Source: a candidate division WOR-3 bacterium
GTDB lineage: Bacteria; Hydrothermota; Hydrothermia; B15-G9; WFZT01
Reading direction: 5' to 3'
Length of the DNA stretch: 64,000 nt
Assembly: GCA_027053075.1 (NCBI GenBank)
Contig: JALUEE010000090.1
Coordinates: forward strand, 1-64,000
Below the pieces are notes generated by a model that did not search any database, was not told where the DNA came from, and was given only the letters and a program-made list of their open reading frames with translations. Made by a program: the position numbers and the translations under genes. Positions 1 to 9,161 of this stretch are shown one piece after another. Within the stretch, counting starts at the first letter, position 1. Every line of letters begins with the position of its first letter.

Positions 1-910
1 GCCATTCATTGTAATAAACACTGTCTGGAGTGTACGTAGTGTCGAAGGGCAGTCTGACTCCTACAGCAACAGGATTACCAAACAGAAAGAATACCGAGTC
101 CTGAAGAATCAGTTCATACTTCGTCGAGTCAAAGTTTGAGCTGAAATCGACCTTTGGCGAGAATGCCCCCGCCATGGCAATCAACATTGTTGTAAGTGGC
201 CGCTGAGGCCCGAGATACTCGGCAGGCTTGAAAGGAATCCTTCCGCCGAATGTGCTGTCCATCCACTCAAATCGAACCATAGAGAGTACACCGTCTCTTA
301 TAAACTGGTCGAAAAAGATTGGCCCGGAGTGCTCCCCAACGATTCCAAAAACATCTGGGTGTTTGATGCCAAGTTTCATTGCACCATACGCACCCATAGA
401 TATTCCAATTATTGCCCTGTGGTCTTTGTCCGGAATGGTTCTGTAGTGTGCATCAACATAATTTACAACATCATTAACTATATACGTTTCGTAGCTTCCA
501 AAAACAGATACCTCAGAGCCAAGAAAAGTGGTTCTTGAGTTTGTGTAAAAACTCCCTCCGAGCGCGTTTTTCCCGTCAGGCATGACAATTATCATTGGTT
601 TTATATCACCAGTTGAAATCAAATAGTCCGCGATATCCTTTATATCCTCATAATCCTGCCAGAAATTATGGTCTCCACCAAAGCCGTGTAATAGATAAAC
701 CACAGGGTAGTTTGTGATAGTATCGTTGTCGTATCCAGGAGGAAGATAGATATTGACCGCTTTGGTTCCGATTAACGTATCGCTTGCTGTCACGGAATCG
801 ACCACAATGGTTCCATGTCTGATCTCCGGTCCCTCGACTTCTGAGGGATTCTTACAGCCGTTAAGCACAATTAAACCCAAAATTGCGAGGATAAAAGCAA
901 ATTTCTTCAT
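1..910 (-). CDS. Lipoprotein, alpha/beta-hydrolase esterase family; runs off the window edge
   Basis: Hand-translated (absent from the ORF track): MKKFAFILAILGLIVLNGC lipobox, IYLPPGY, YPVVYLLHG and GISMG nucleophile elbow. Confidence 0.88.
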   Translation of the reverse strand, partial: MKKFAFILAILGLIVLNGCKNPSEVEGPEIRHGTIVVDSVTASDTLIGTKAVNIYLPPGYDNDTITNYPVVYLLHGFGGDHNFWQDYEDIKDIADYLISTGDIKPMIIVMPDGKNALGGSFYTNSRTTFLGSEVSVFGSYETYIVNDVVNYVDAHYRTIPDKDHRAIIGISMGAYGAMKLGIKHPDVFGIVGEHSGPIFFDQFIRDGVLSMVRFEWMDSTFGGRIPFKPAEYLGPQRPLTTMLIAMAGAFSPKVDFSSNFDSTKYELILQDSVFFLFGNPVAVGVRLPFDTTYTPDSVYYNEW

Positions 911-925
911 TTTCTTTCCTCCGTG

Positions 926-2356
926 TTAAAACTTATACTCTACACCCAAACCAAGGGCGTTAACACCAAATCCATATTCGCCGGCAAGATAGGATGATTT
1001 ATAGCTGTAATTTTCGCTCCGCTCAACTGTTTTGGATGAAGAATGGACATACTCCGCATTAAATTGAATCTGCAGAAAGCCAAAAATACTGTATTCCGCT
1101 CCCAGTGTGATTCCAACCTTGGGATTGGCATCTGGAATAAGAGGGGTGATAGTGGAATCAGGAATTGGAGTCCCATCGTAATAGGCACCTGAGCGCACGG
1201 TCAATTTATCGTTAACCCTGTATCTCATCCCAATCCCGAATTTTACAGTGCTATTCCAGTATTCTTTTAGGGTATCTTCTTTTATCTCAGAGAGGGTGAC
1301 GTCTCCCATTTTAATTTTCAAATTTGTGAACTTTGCAATTAGCTCGCTGAAGCTTGCCCAATGGGTATAGCTAACATCTGCTGTGATCAATAATTTCTTT
1401 GTCACGTTATAGGCAAGACCCGCGCCGATGTTGAATGGGAGAGTGACCTTCACCTTTGCAGTTCCATATCCTGATGCAACTCCGCCGAGGAAGAAAGGAG
1501 CAAGACTATCAGCCCTCGATGCAATTGCATCGTTGTATGGGAAATAGAGCCACAGGTTTGCATCTCCAGTAAGAGTTGCCGGTGAGTAAAATCTGCCGGA
1601 AATCCCTGCGCGGAAATTTTTAGATATCTCATAAATTGCACCAACTGATGCGGAAACCGCCCACCCTTTGACTTCTAATTTTGTGTCAATAGGGAAGAGC
1701 CTGTACTGTATGGGGAGGCTGAGGGCATGTGTGTCCACTGTTGCAGGGTCAAAGAAGTTTATCTTCCTGATGGTGAATCTTTCAAATGTGGGGCCCACTC
1801 CAATTCCAATACTAAATTTTGTAAATTTCTTTGAAAGCCCCACGAGCATACTTGCTGTCCGAACATCGCTTTGCCAGTTGTACTTCGGAAAATTCGGTGG
1901 AGTAAACGTCGCTGTGTCGGATGGATTGTAGTAACCAATGGGCAGGTGGTACAATTTCCAGCTTGTACCGAGACCAAAGGGTACAAACACCGCAAGTCCA
2001 ATCTTTGTATTTTTTAGATACTTAAAGTTTTTTACAAAGCCGCCAGAGGGTATTGTAAATGTTTGAGGCTGGGTTCTGACCTCTGTAACCGTTGAATAAG
2101 GGCCGTCATAACCGAGGATTCCGGTGTTTGGCTTGAAGTAACTCCAGGGTTTTATGATGGCATTGTGAAATCCGATAATGTCCGATCCCACATAACTCAT
2201 TCCAGCAGGATTCCAGTAAAGGGCTGTCCAGTCGTTGGCAAGGGCCCTGAATGCGTCTCCCATGGAAAGTCCACGAGTCCCCACTCCGGAGAGCTCAAAT
2301 CCCCCTCCATACACCAATCCAGCAAGTAGCAAAATCAATATGGATTTTCTCATCAT
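926..2356 (-). CDS. FadL/OmpP1/TodX-family outer-membrane transporter
   Basis: Signal peptide, GFEL..G..GLSMGDA and YWNPAGM hatch motifs, PFGLGTSW, C-terminal EYKF. Confidence 0.88.
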   Translation of the reverse strand: MMRKSILILLLAGLVYGGGFELSGVGTRGLSMGDAFRALANDWTALYWNPAGMSYVGSDIIGFHNAIIKPWSYFKPNTGILGYDGPYSTVTEVRTQPQTFTIPSGGFVKNFKYLKNTKIGLAVFVPFGLGTSWKLYHLPIGYYNPSDTATFTPPNFPKYNWQSDVRTASMLVGLSKKFTKFSIGIGVGPTFERFTIRKINFFDPATVDTHALSLPIQYRLFPIDTKLEVKGWAVSASVGAIYEISKNFRAGISGRFYSPATLTGDANLWLYFPYNDAIASRADSLAPFFLGGVASGYGTAKVKVTLPFNIGAGLAYNVTKKLLITADVSYTHWASFSELIAKFTNLKIKMGDVTLSEIKEDTLKEYWNSTVKFGIGMRYRVNDKLTVRSGAYYDGTPIPDSTITPLIPDANPKVGITLGAEYSIFGFLQIQFNAEYVHSSSKTVERSENYSYKSSYLAGEYGFGVNALGLGVEYKF

Positions 2357-2368
2357 TGCCCTCCCTTG

Positions 2369-2707
2369 CTACTGGTTCAGTACCAGTTTCTTTAAGAAGT
2401 CAACGCCCTTATCTATATTTTTGTTCCCCTTTTCCTCAATTTCCTTTGCCTTCTGGTGGGCATTTTTTATGATCTCTTCGACCTCATTCTTGAGTTTGTT
2501 CAGTGCCTCTTTCTTCCTGAATTCGATTTCCTTCTGAATTTCCACAGTCCCTCTTTTTATGAATTCCTGAGACTCTTTTACCGCCCTGTTTTTCAAATCT
2601 TCAGCCTCTTTCTTAGCCTTGTCAATTATTCTTTCGGCCTCTTCCTCATACTTATCAACGCCCTCTAAAAGCACACTCTTTTCCTCAATACTGTGAACTT
2701 CACTCAT
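2369..2707 (-). CDS. Charged coiled-coil protein resembling V/A-type ATPase subunit G/H
   Basis: EEEAERIIDKAKKEAE-type E/K/A heptads; ATGA overlap with the upstream gene. Confidence 0.45.
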   Translation of the reverse strand: MSEVHSIEEKSVLLEGVDKYEEEAERIIDKAKKEAEDLKNRAVKESQEFIKRGTVEIQKEIEFRKKEALNKLKNEVEEIIKNAHQKAKEIEEKGNKNIDKGVDFLKKLVLNQ

Positions 2708-4053
2708 TCTTTAACCTCCGTTAAATGTTTTTCCATTTTTTCTATTTCATCCATTAGATTAACGGCAATACCGGTAGTTTGACCGGTAAGGTAAATTTTC
2801 CCATCATCGTCTTTAAAGAATGAAAACCTCGCGGTCGGATAAAATACTCTTAAAAACAGGCCTATAACAAATATCAAGGTCCCGATAAGGAGATAAATAA
2901 TGCCGTTGTCGCGTTTGTAATAAATTCCCGTGCCCTGCCGATAAGAAACCATGTCAAAGGTAACATCTTCTGCCTGAAGAGGTTCTCCCATCTCGAGGAG
3001 CCCGAATTTTTTCTTTTTCTTGCCCTTGCCTTCACGGTGATATACATAGCACTGAGGTTTTAGCTCTCCATTGACCTTCCCCTCCCGGTATTTAAACCAC
3101 TTGCCTACCTTTAACATTCCAAGGTAATATTTACCCTTTTTGCCAGGAACATCAAAGGGAGTCATGGTCTCAACCTCAAGAGTCGTATCCCTGTCGGGTG
3201 TTTTCAGGTGGAGCTTAACCTTTTGGACAAAATACTCCTGGTAAAAGGTCATTCCATGATATCGGAGTGGTGAGTTGACCTGAATGACCTTCTCCTTGAT
3301 TTTCCTGTTATCCTTTGTGTAGAGGACAAGATGGGAGAAGTAATCTTTTACAAAAAATTCCCCATGGTGCTTCCAGAAAACCATCCAGAACTTTTTGGAT
3401 TCGAGATTCAGGGTATCGGCACCTTTAAATTTTAAAAGGCCCATTTTGTAGATTTTCATGTCTTTTGAAGCCGTTGGTATTGGCTTTTTCTGGCCATCAA
3501 AAAGCGATACATCACCATCGAATCTTGTTAAACTGGAAAGCACAAGGCCGAATATCATCACAACCATGCCAAAGTGATAGATAATTGACACGATCCTTGG
3601 ATAAAAGCCTCTGTTGGCGACGTATATTTCCCTGTCGCCGGAAATTTTTTTAACCTTGTATCCAATTTGTTTGAATGCGTCTATTATTTGTTCAAGGTTA
3701 AGGCTACCGTAAATCCTTTTAGCGCTGATTTTGATAGCGCTTGAACGGCCGCGCTTGAGCCTTCCCCACTCGAAAATGAGCCCGTCCAGTGTACAGAGAA
3801 ACAGATTAAGAAAGAAAAGTAGAGAGGTAATCCTGAAACCGAGAGAATGAAAGACGTCGAATAGCCCGAGACTATTGAGAATTTTGAATTTCTCCTCTCC
3901 GAAGGTCTCTTTAAACTGGGCCTGTGTGGCGTGGACCAGGTGGTACTGCGGGAAAATCGTCCCCAGCAGCATAAAGAAAATCAGGATAAAGAATAAAATG
4001 ATAGTGGTTTTTGTGGAGATAAAAATCCTGTATAGCCCTTTTAACAGTTTCAT
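2704..4053 (-). CDS. resB: Cytochrome c biogenesis protein, ResB/Ccs1 family
   Basis: GTIFPQ, LGLFDVFHS, NLFLCT, conserved TM His, IQVNSPLRYHGMTFYQ; start set at ATG 4053 after GGAGA. Confidence 0.8.
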   Translation of the reverse strand: MKLLKGLYRIFISTKTTIILFFILIFFMLLGTIFPQYHLVHATQAQFKETFGEEKFKILNSLGLFDVFHSLGFRITSLLFFLNLFLCTLDGLIFEWGRLKRGRSSAIKISAKRIYGSLNLEQIIDAFKQIGYKVKKISGDREIYVANRGFYPRIVSIIYHFGMVVMIFGLVLSSLTRFDGDVSLFDGQKKPIPTASKDMKIYKMGLLKFKGADTLNLESKKFWMVFWKHHGEFFVKDYFSHLVLYTKDNRKIKEKVIQVNSPLRYHGMTFYQEYFVQKVKLHLKTPDRDTTLEVETMTPFDVPGKKGKYYLGMLKVGKWFKYREGKVNGELKPQCYVYHREGKGKKKKKFGLLEMGEPLQAEDVTFDMVSYRQGTGIYYKRDNGIIYLLIGTLIFVIGLFLRVFYPTARFSFFKDDDGKIYLTGQTTGIAVNLMDEIEKMEKHLTEVKE

Positions 4054-4421
4054 AAGTTTCTCTCCCGTAGAAGTACTGGAAGTTATTATAAACATGATTA
4101 GCCCAGTCAAACAAGCATTTGGGAGCCAGATCATTATAAGAGATGTCAAAGACTAAAGTCTCTTGAGGTTTATCTAAATTAAATTTTTCAGGTTGGTTTA
4201 CCAGTCAGATGGATTTTTTCCTAAAGGTTTAGTGAAAACTCCACAAAGGAAGTTTTATTATTCCTTGTTGGAATATGTGATTGCAATTCCTGCTAACTCT
4301 ACGTAAACACTGGATAATTTGAGGATTTCTGGTTATTAAAGAATCAGAGGTGGAAAGTTGTAGTGGATTTGGGAGGTTGTGAGCCTCTTGCTCAACAAAA
4401 AACTGAAAAGGAGGTGGGAAA

Positions 4422-5525
4422 ATGGCCTGGATTTACGGTCCAGTGAATAGTGTCGAAGATGTAAGGCGGATCAACTGCCTGATCCGGGATGAAATGTTGG
4501 CCGTAGAAAAACCTGAAGAGCTTACCGATCTTAAAAAGCGTTCGGACTATCTCTGCACGTTGACCTACAGCCCGTTCTGGCAGAAAAAGTTTGGCCCACG
4601 GATAGAGGACCTCCGCGAGGCAGCAAGGGAGGAGAATGTAGCGACGGTTAGACTGGCAAATTATGTAGCTCGCTTTAAGGGCTGGGATAAGCATTATAGC
4701 CCCTGGCAGGCGGAAACCGCAGAAGAAATAGAGAAGAAGCTCGATGAATTGGACGATGCCCTTATTAAAGAAATCGAAGAGGCAAAGCCCATTCAGATTA
4801 TAGAAGAAATTCAAAAAGAGTTAGATGTTCTGAGGCGTGAATTCTGCCAACTGCGTAAAGCCATGCTCTTCGTAGATGAGCCAGAGGAGCTCACAGAACT
4901 CAAAAAATATGCAGATTTTCTTGTAACGCTCACTTATTCCCGCGAAATGGAACGCCGTCTCGGCGAGCATACAACTAAATTACGTGAAATTGCTCATCAG
5001 GAAAACGAACGTTCAGTGGCCCTGGCAAATATAATAGCGGCTGTTAACAATTGGAACGTTGCTTACGAAGTATGGAACGAAGACGAACTGGTGCAGGAGG
5101 AAACCGTTGAAGAGTATCTACAGCGGTTAATGGAAGAGGAAGAAAAGGCTGGAAAATATGTGCCTACGGAGGCCCGCTATCGTGCTGGAAAAGTTCTCTG
5201 GCTGGTTTATGAGAGTCCTCACGAGTACAAAGGTGGCCGGGTGTATCCTCGTCTACGGGTCAAGAGAATATACCTCCCTGGGGATGCTTTTGATATCAAA
5301 TTGGAAGGCCCGGATGAATATACTACACGATTTGGCCGTAAAGTATTCGGAGTTAAAATTACTTACAAGACGAGGATTGCGCCTACCGTCATAAGACGGA
5401 GAGGCAAGACCATTACACTGCCAGAAAGAGTGGTTACGAGGACGAAAATCGTACAGCTTGATGAGGGAGCAACCAATGTAAGACTCCTCGAAGAGAGGCC
5501 TGCTGAGGCCTATCCTGTAGCTTAA
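4422..5525 (+). CDS. Hypothetical protein with an internally duplicated ~80-aa domain and a basic C-terminal domain
   Basis: AAGGAGGT RBS, long ORF, repeated PEELT(D/E)LKK..D(Y/F)L.TLTYS, downstream hairpin. Confidence 0.85.
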   Translation: MAWIYGPVNSVEDVRRINCLIRDEMLAVEKPEELTDLKKRSDYLCTLTYSPFWQKKFGPRIEDLREAAREENVATVRLANYVARFKGWDKHYSPWQAETAEEIEKKLDELDDALIKEIEEAKPIQIIEEIQKELDVLRREFCQLRKAMLFVDEPEELTELKKYADFLVTLTYSREMERRLGEHTTKLREIAHQENERSVALANIIAAVNNWNVAYEVWNEDELVQEETVEEYLQRLMEEEEKAGKYVPTEARYRAGKVLWLVYESPHEYKGGRVYPRLRVKRIYLPGDAFDIKLEGPDEYTTRFGRKVFGVKITYKTRIAPTVIRRRGKTITLPERVVTRTKIVQLDEGATNVRLLEERPAEAYPVA

Positions 5526-5538
5526 TACGAAAATTCAG

Positions 5539-5572
5539 AGGGGGCCGGCCATGTCATCATGGCCGGCCCCCT
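5539..5572. terminator. Perfect 15-bp GC-rich hairpin, probable terminator
   Basis: AGGGGGCCGGCCATG-TCAT-CATGGCCGGCCCCCT just after the 5525 stop, between convergent genes. Confidence 0.7.
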
Positions 5573-5927
5573 AAATTTCGTCCCATTTAAAGACTCACTT
5601 TTTACCTTGTTAATTTGACACATGACGGACCTCAGCTAAGATATCCGCTAATTATTCATCTATAAACACATGTTACGTGTGCGTTCTGAACAAACATAGA
5701 GTAAGGCTCTATGTATTTATTATTATACATCTTTTCGAGTGAAGATTCTTGCAGGTTTTAACCTGCACGGATTTTGTTTCTAAAACTTTTCTCTGGAAGT
5801 GTATTATCAGAAGAACTCAAACACGCAGTCAATATCACATTAATGTTTTTTTGCTTAGAACAGCATGCAGGATTCGGAAATGTAACAATGAAAAATTCTA
5901 TATTTCCTGGAAGGTTAGTTATTTTTC

Positions 5928-7895
5928 TTAAAACTTGATCTCACAGTGCTCTCTTTTTCTCCTGCCTGGAATAGTATAAATTTCCTCTAAGATTTTTATG
6001 ACCTCCTTCACGAGTTTCCTGTTGAATTTTATCCCCGCAAGACTGCTCAAATCTTCTCTTATATCTTTAAGACTTTTTGCGCTTTTGTAAGGTCTATCCC
6101 TCATCATGGCATCGAGGGAATCTGCAATGGCAAGAATCTGCATGGGAATGGTAAAGTCTTTTCCTCTTAAACCGAATGGATAGCCGGACCCATCCAGCCT
6201 TTCATGGTGATGGACGGCAACGTTCATTATATCCTTATAGTACTTTATATGCTTTGCGAGAGGTTGCAGTATGGCTTTTGTATAAAGTGGGTGTCTTCTC
6301 ATAACTTTTGTATCCAGTTCGTCGTATGCGCCAAGTTTGTTTAGTATCTCGTCTGGTATTCCAATTTTACCGATGTCGTGTAGATATCCAGCCATCCTCA
6401 GTATATCAATGTCATAATCTTTAAGGTTATATTCTTCCTTCCCAATTTTTTCCCCGATAAAAACGGCGATTTCCGCCACGGATAGCGAATGGTCGCAGGT
6501 GTAGTTGTCCTTAAGTCCAAGGATTTTAAGAATGGTTAAGAAAATGCTCTCCTCGATTTCCCTTTTTTGCTCGCTCTTAAAACTGTATCTGGTGGCAAGC
6601 TCGATCATAAAGAGAAAGATTAGATAGAACTGGCGTTTCCTCGGCGCCTTTGCGCCTCCCGCATCTCTTAAAATTACAAGGTAGGATTCTCCATTGAGTA
6701 TTATTTCTTTAAAAGGATATTTAGAATCCGATGCTTTTAAGCCTTTTTCAATTTCATCCTGTGTTTCGTTAAGGATTTCTATTGCCTCACTTTCATTTAA
6801 TTTTTCAGAGTATTTATAGACTTCACCATTTTTGGATACCACATAAGAAATGTTAGTTTTCTCTTTAAAATCATCAAGTGTACTAAACATCAGATCCTCA
6901 GGAGATGATAATTCTACCACATTTTCAATTTTCCCTGAAGATTTCTCAAGAATGCTCCTTTCATTTTCTGCCTCGTTAACTTCATTGTCCTTCCTTCTAA
7001 TGCTTTTTTCATAAATAGAACCTGCGGCAACAAACACTAAAAGTACCGCAATTGCTGAAATACTAAAATTCATACTCATTCTACCTTTTACACGGTTGAA
7101 ATTGGCTTCCCAGCTCAAACTTTCTCCCTCAGGCTTTTTGTATGATATGTTCAGCTGATAGTTGTCCCACTTTAATCCAACACTTTTGGGATAAAACACG
7201 TTTCGCGAGGAAAGGGGCATTAATACAAGTTTCAACGATTTTTTACCAAATATTTCCTTAGACAATTGATCCATTAGACTGGAAACGTTGATTAATACAA
7301 ACAAGAGTCCCATCCTCAATCGTTTTTTCCCAAAAACCTTATAAACCGGTACGGAGACAAGGCCCCAGATGACACTGTCAACCCGCTCAGTATTAGGATT
7401 GGGCATGTAAACGTACATCAAATTTTTGCTAATCTTACCCGTACGAAAATTTAATCCATCAAAATTTACGAATTTTAATGGTTGCCTGATTGTTTTCAGT
7501 TTGGGAAAGAATAAAAAACATCTTTTGTTGAGAGTGTCAAGATAGTAGACTTTCTCAATGTAATTCCTTGAGGAGATGATTTTCCCAATGTTTTTGTACA
7601 CAAAACTGCGGACGTTAACCCCTTTGGGGAGTGTACCAACAGAGTTGTTTAAGTCATAAGTAAGAAAATTGACCTGTTCCTTGAACCTTAATTTTAAGGT
7701 TTGCAAATTAGATTTAACCGTCTCCTCGTATTGCTCCTTAAAATAACTCTTGGTCTTACTAACCGAGTCCAGATGAAGATACCACATAAAAGATATAACC
7801 GGGAATGCCAGGGAAAAAAGCACTACTGTGCCAAGTCTAATTTCTAATAATTTTCCTAACCTTATTTTCTTTTCAAGAAGGGCCATAATATTCAT
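5928..7895 (-). CDS. Membrane-bound HD-GYP domain phosphodiesterase
   Basis: Two TM segments flanking an extracytoplasmic region; HDIGKIG, HHERLDGSGYP and RPYK motifs. Confidence 0.88.
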   Translation of the reverse strand: MNIMALLEKKIRLGKLLEIRLGTVVLFSLAFPVISFMWYLHLDSVSKTKSYFKEQYEETVKSNLQTLKLRFKEQVNFLTYDLNNSVGTLPKGVNVRSFVYKNIGKIISSRNYIEKVYYLDTLNKRCFLFFPKLKTIRQPLKFVNFDGLNFRTGKISKNLMYVYMPNPNTERVDSVIWGLVSVPVYKVFGKKRLRMGLLFVLINVSSLMDQLSKEIFGKKSLKLVLMPLSSRNVFYPKSVGLKWDNYQLNISYKKPEGESLSWEANFNRVKGRMSMNFSISAIAVLLVFVAAGSIYEKSIRRKDNEVNEAENERSILEKSSGKIENVVELSSPEDLMFSTLDDFKEKTNISYVVSKNGEVYKYSEKLNESEAIEILNETQDEIEKGLKASDSKYPFKEIILNGESYLVILRDAGGAKAPRKRQFYLIFLFMIELATRYSFKSEQKREIEESIFLTILKILGLKDNYTCDHSLSVAEIAVFIGEKIGKEEYNLKDYDIDILRMAGYLHDIGKIGIPDEILNKLGAYDELDTKVMRRHPLYTKAILQPLAKHIKYYKDIMNVAVHHHERLDGSGYPFGLRGKDFTIPMQILAIADSLDAMMRDRPYKSAKSLKDIREDLSSLAGIKFNRKLVKEVIKILEEIYTIPGRRKREHCEIKF

Positions 7896-8983
7896 TTTAC
7901 AATCTTTCCGATGTTTACGAATTTATTGAAAGGTATCGTTATCTTTAGCGATTCGACCCTTTTAATATTCAGAGTGACCTCTACTCTCGAGGCATTCTCT
8001 ATGTAGATATCTTCTATTTTGCTTGTCCCTTTCAGAAATTCAATAGCTTTTTGAGCAGCCATCTCTCCCATGTATTCGAAGTCGAGTCCCACTCCACCAA
8101 ACATTCCAAGTAGGGTAAAAGAAATATTCAATGCCATATCAGGTTTATGGGCGTTTTTAACGTAATATTCTGCAAGTTCCGTCATACTAAGGGTCTTACC
8201 AGAGCTGTCAACAGTTAAAGTTAATGGATAATAAAATGGAATGTGCGGGGCTTTATTGAGGGCCTTTATCGCGTCTAATAACTCGTCAAAAGTTCGTATT
8301 TCTTCAATTCTAATCGGTATGTCTTTGAAATTTATCAATTCACGCTGAATTTGCCTTTTGACTATTTGAGAAACAGAATCCTTCCCAACGAGTATGAGAA
8401 CAGTATCGGGAACCACTACCTTTATCTCACCGCTATCATCCCTTACTTCTCTAATATCAAAGAATTTGATGGCGTAACGTATGGAGAGGGCGATATAAAT
8501 TTTTTCTATGACTCCGGTTACGTTTTTTGAAGGAATAGCTTTATTATTATCCATCCAGGATTTTATAAAATGAAATCTGCCATCAACCTTTCTAACATCT
8601 CTGTTCATTCCCGAAAATACCACAATGTAGTCAGATGTATCTCTTATCAATTTTGGAAGCATATAGTCGATTGCAATATCATCTGTCAGAAAAACTACAG
8701 ATGGATGGAATTTTTTAAACTCTTCATAAAAACTGTCAGCCACCGCTCTCCTTGCAGAGACAGTTTTATTTACTTTTCTTCCAAGCATGTAAAGTGTTTG
8801 CACGTTTAAGCTTTCACTGGGAAAATCCGTTTGGAATTTCTTGATTATCCCTTTGATCTGCTCTGCTCCGCAGGGGTCATTTTCGTTGTAGGAGGATATA
8901 ATCATTATTTTGATGGGATTGGAACTCCTGGTTACCCCCTGGCTTCCTGCGATCAAAGACAGTGCAAACAATAATATATGCAT
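7892..8983 (-). CDS. Secreted ABC-type substrate-binding-like protein (COG2984-like)
   Basis: Signal peptide; ISSY, TDD.A, VVFSG.N, NVTGVIE and G..AA...N motifs. Confidence 0.65.
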   Translation of the reverse strand: MHILLFALSLIAGSQGVTRSSNPIKIMIISSYNENDPCGAEQIKGIIKKFQTDFPSESLNVQTLYMLGRKVNKTVSARRAVADSFYEEFKKFHPSVVFLTDDIAIDYMLPKLIRDTSDYIVVFSGMNRDVRKVDGRFHFIKSWMDNNKAIPSKNVTGVIEKIYIALSIRYAIKFFDIREVRDDSGEIKVVVPDTVLILVGKDSVSQIVKRQIQRELINFKDIPIRIEEIRTFDELLDAIKALNKAPHIPFYYPLTLTVDSSGKTLSMTELAEYYVKNAHKPDMALNISFTLLGMFGGVGLDFEYMGEMAAQKAIEFLKGTSKIEDIYIENASRVEVTLNIKRVESLKITIPFNKFVNIGKIVK

Positions 8984-8991
8984 AACATTTA

Positions 8992-9020
8992 ATCATAAAA
9001 ATAGGTCCGGCTTTAGTCAA
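8992..9020 (-). promoter_or_regulatory. Sigma70-type promoter TTGACT-N17-TATGAT
   Basis: The -10 box ends 8 nt before the ATG at 8983. Confidence 0.65.
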
Positions 9021-9052
9021 GGACAATCAGTGCATATACGCAAACAGCGGTA

Positions 9053-9102
9053 TTTAGAGGGGGTGGCCTACGCACGTTCGTGCGTAGGCCACCCCCTCTA
9101 AA
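9053..9102. repeat. Perfect palindrome with 23-bp arms (GGGGTGGCC..GCAC family)
   Basis: TTTAGAGGGGGTGGCCTACGCAC-GTTC-GTGCGTAGGCCACCCCCTCTAAA. Confidence 0.9.
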
Positions 9103-9161
9103 AGTTTATCTCACCATGCAACCAATTTATTCCTACCATTCAGGCACTATAATACTTAGCC

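Noticed and set aside
4054..4149. N-terminal extension of resB in the ORF track
   Set aside because: A better ATG with an RBS lies at 4053 and family similarity starts there
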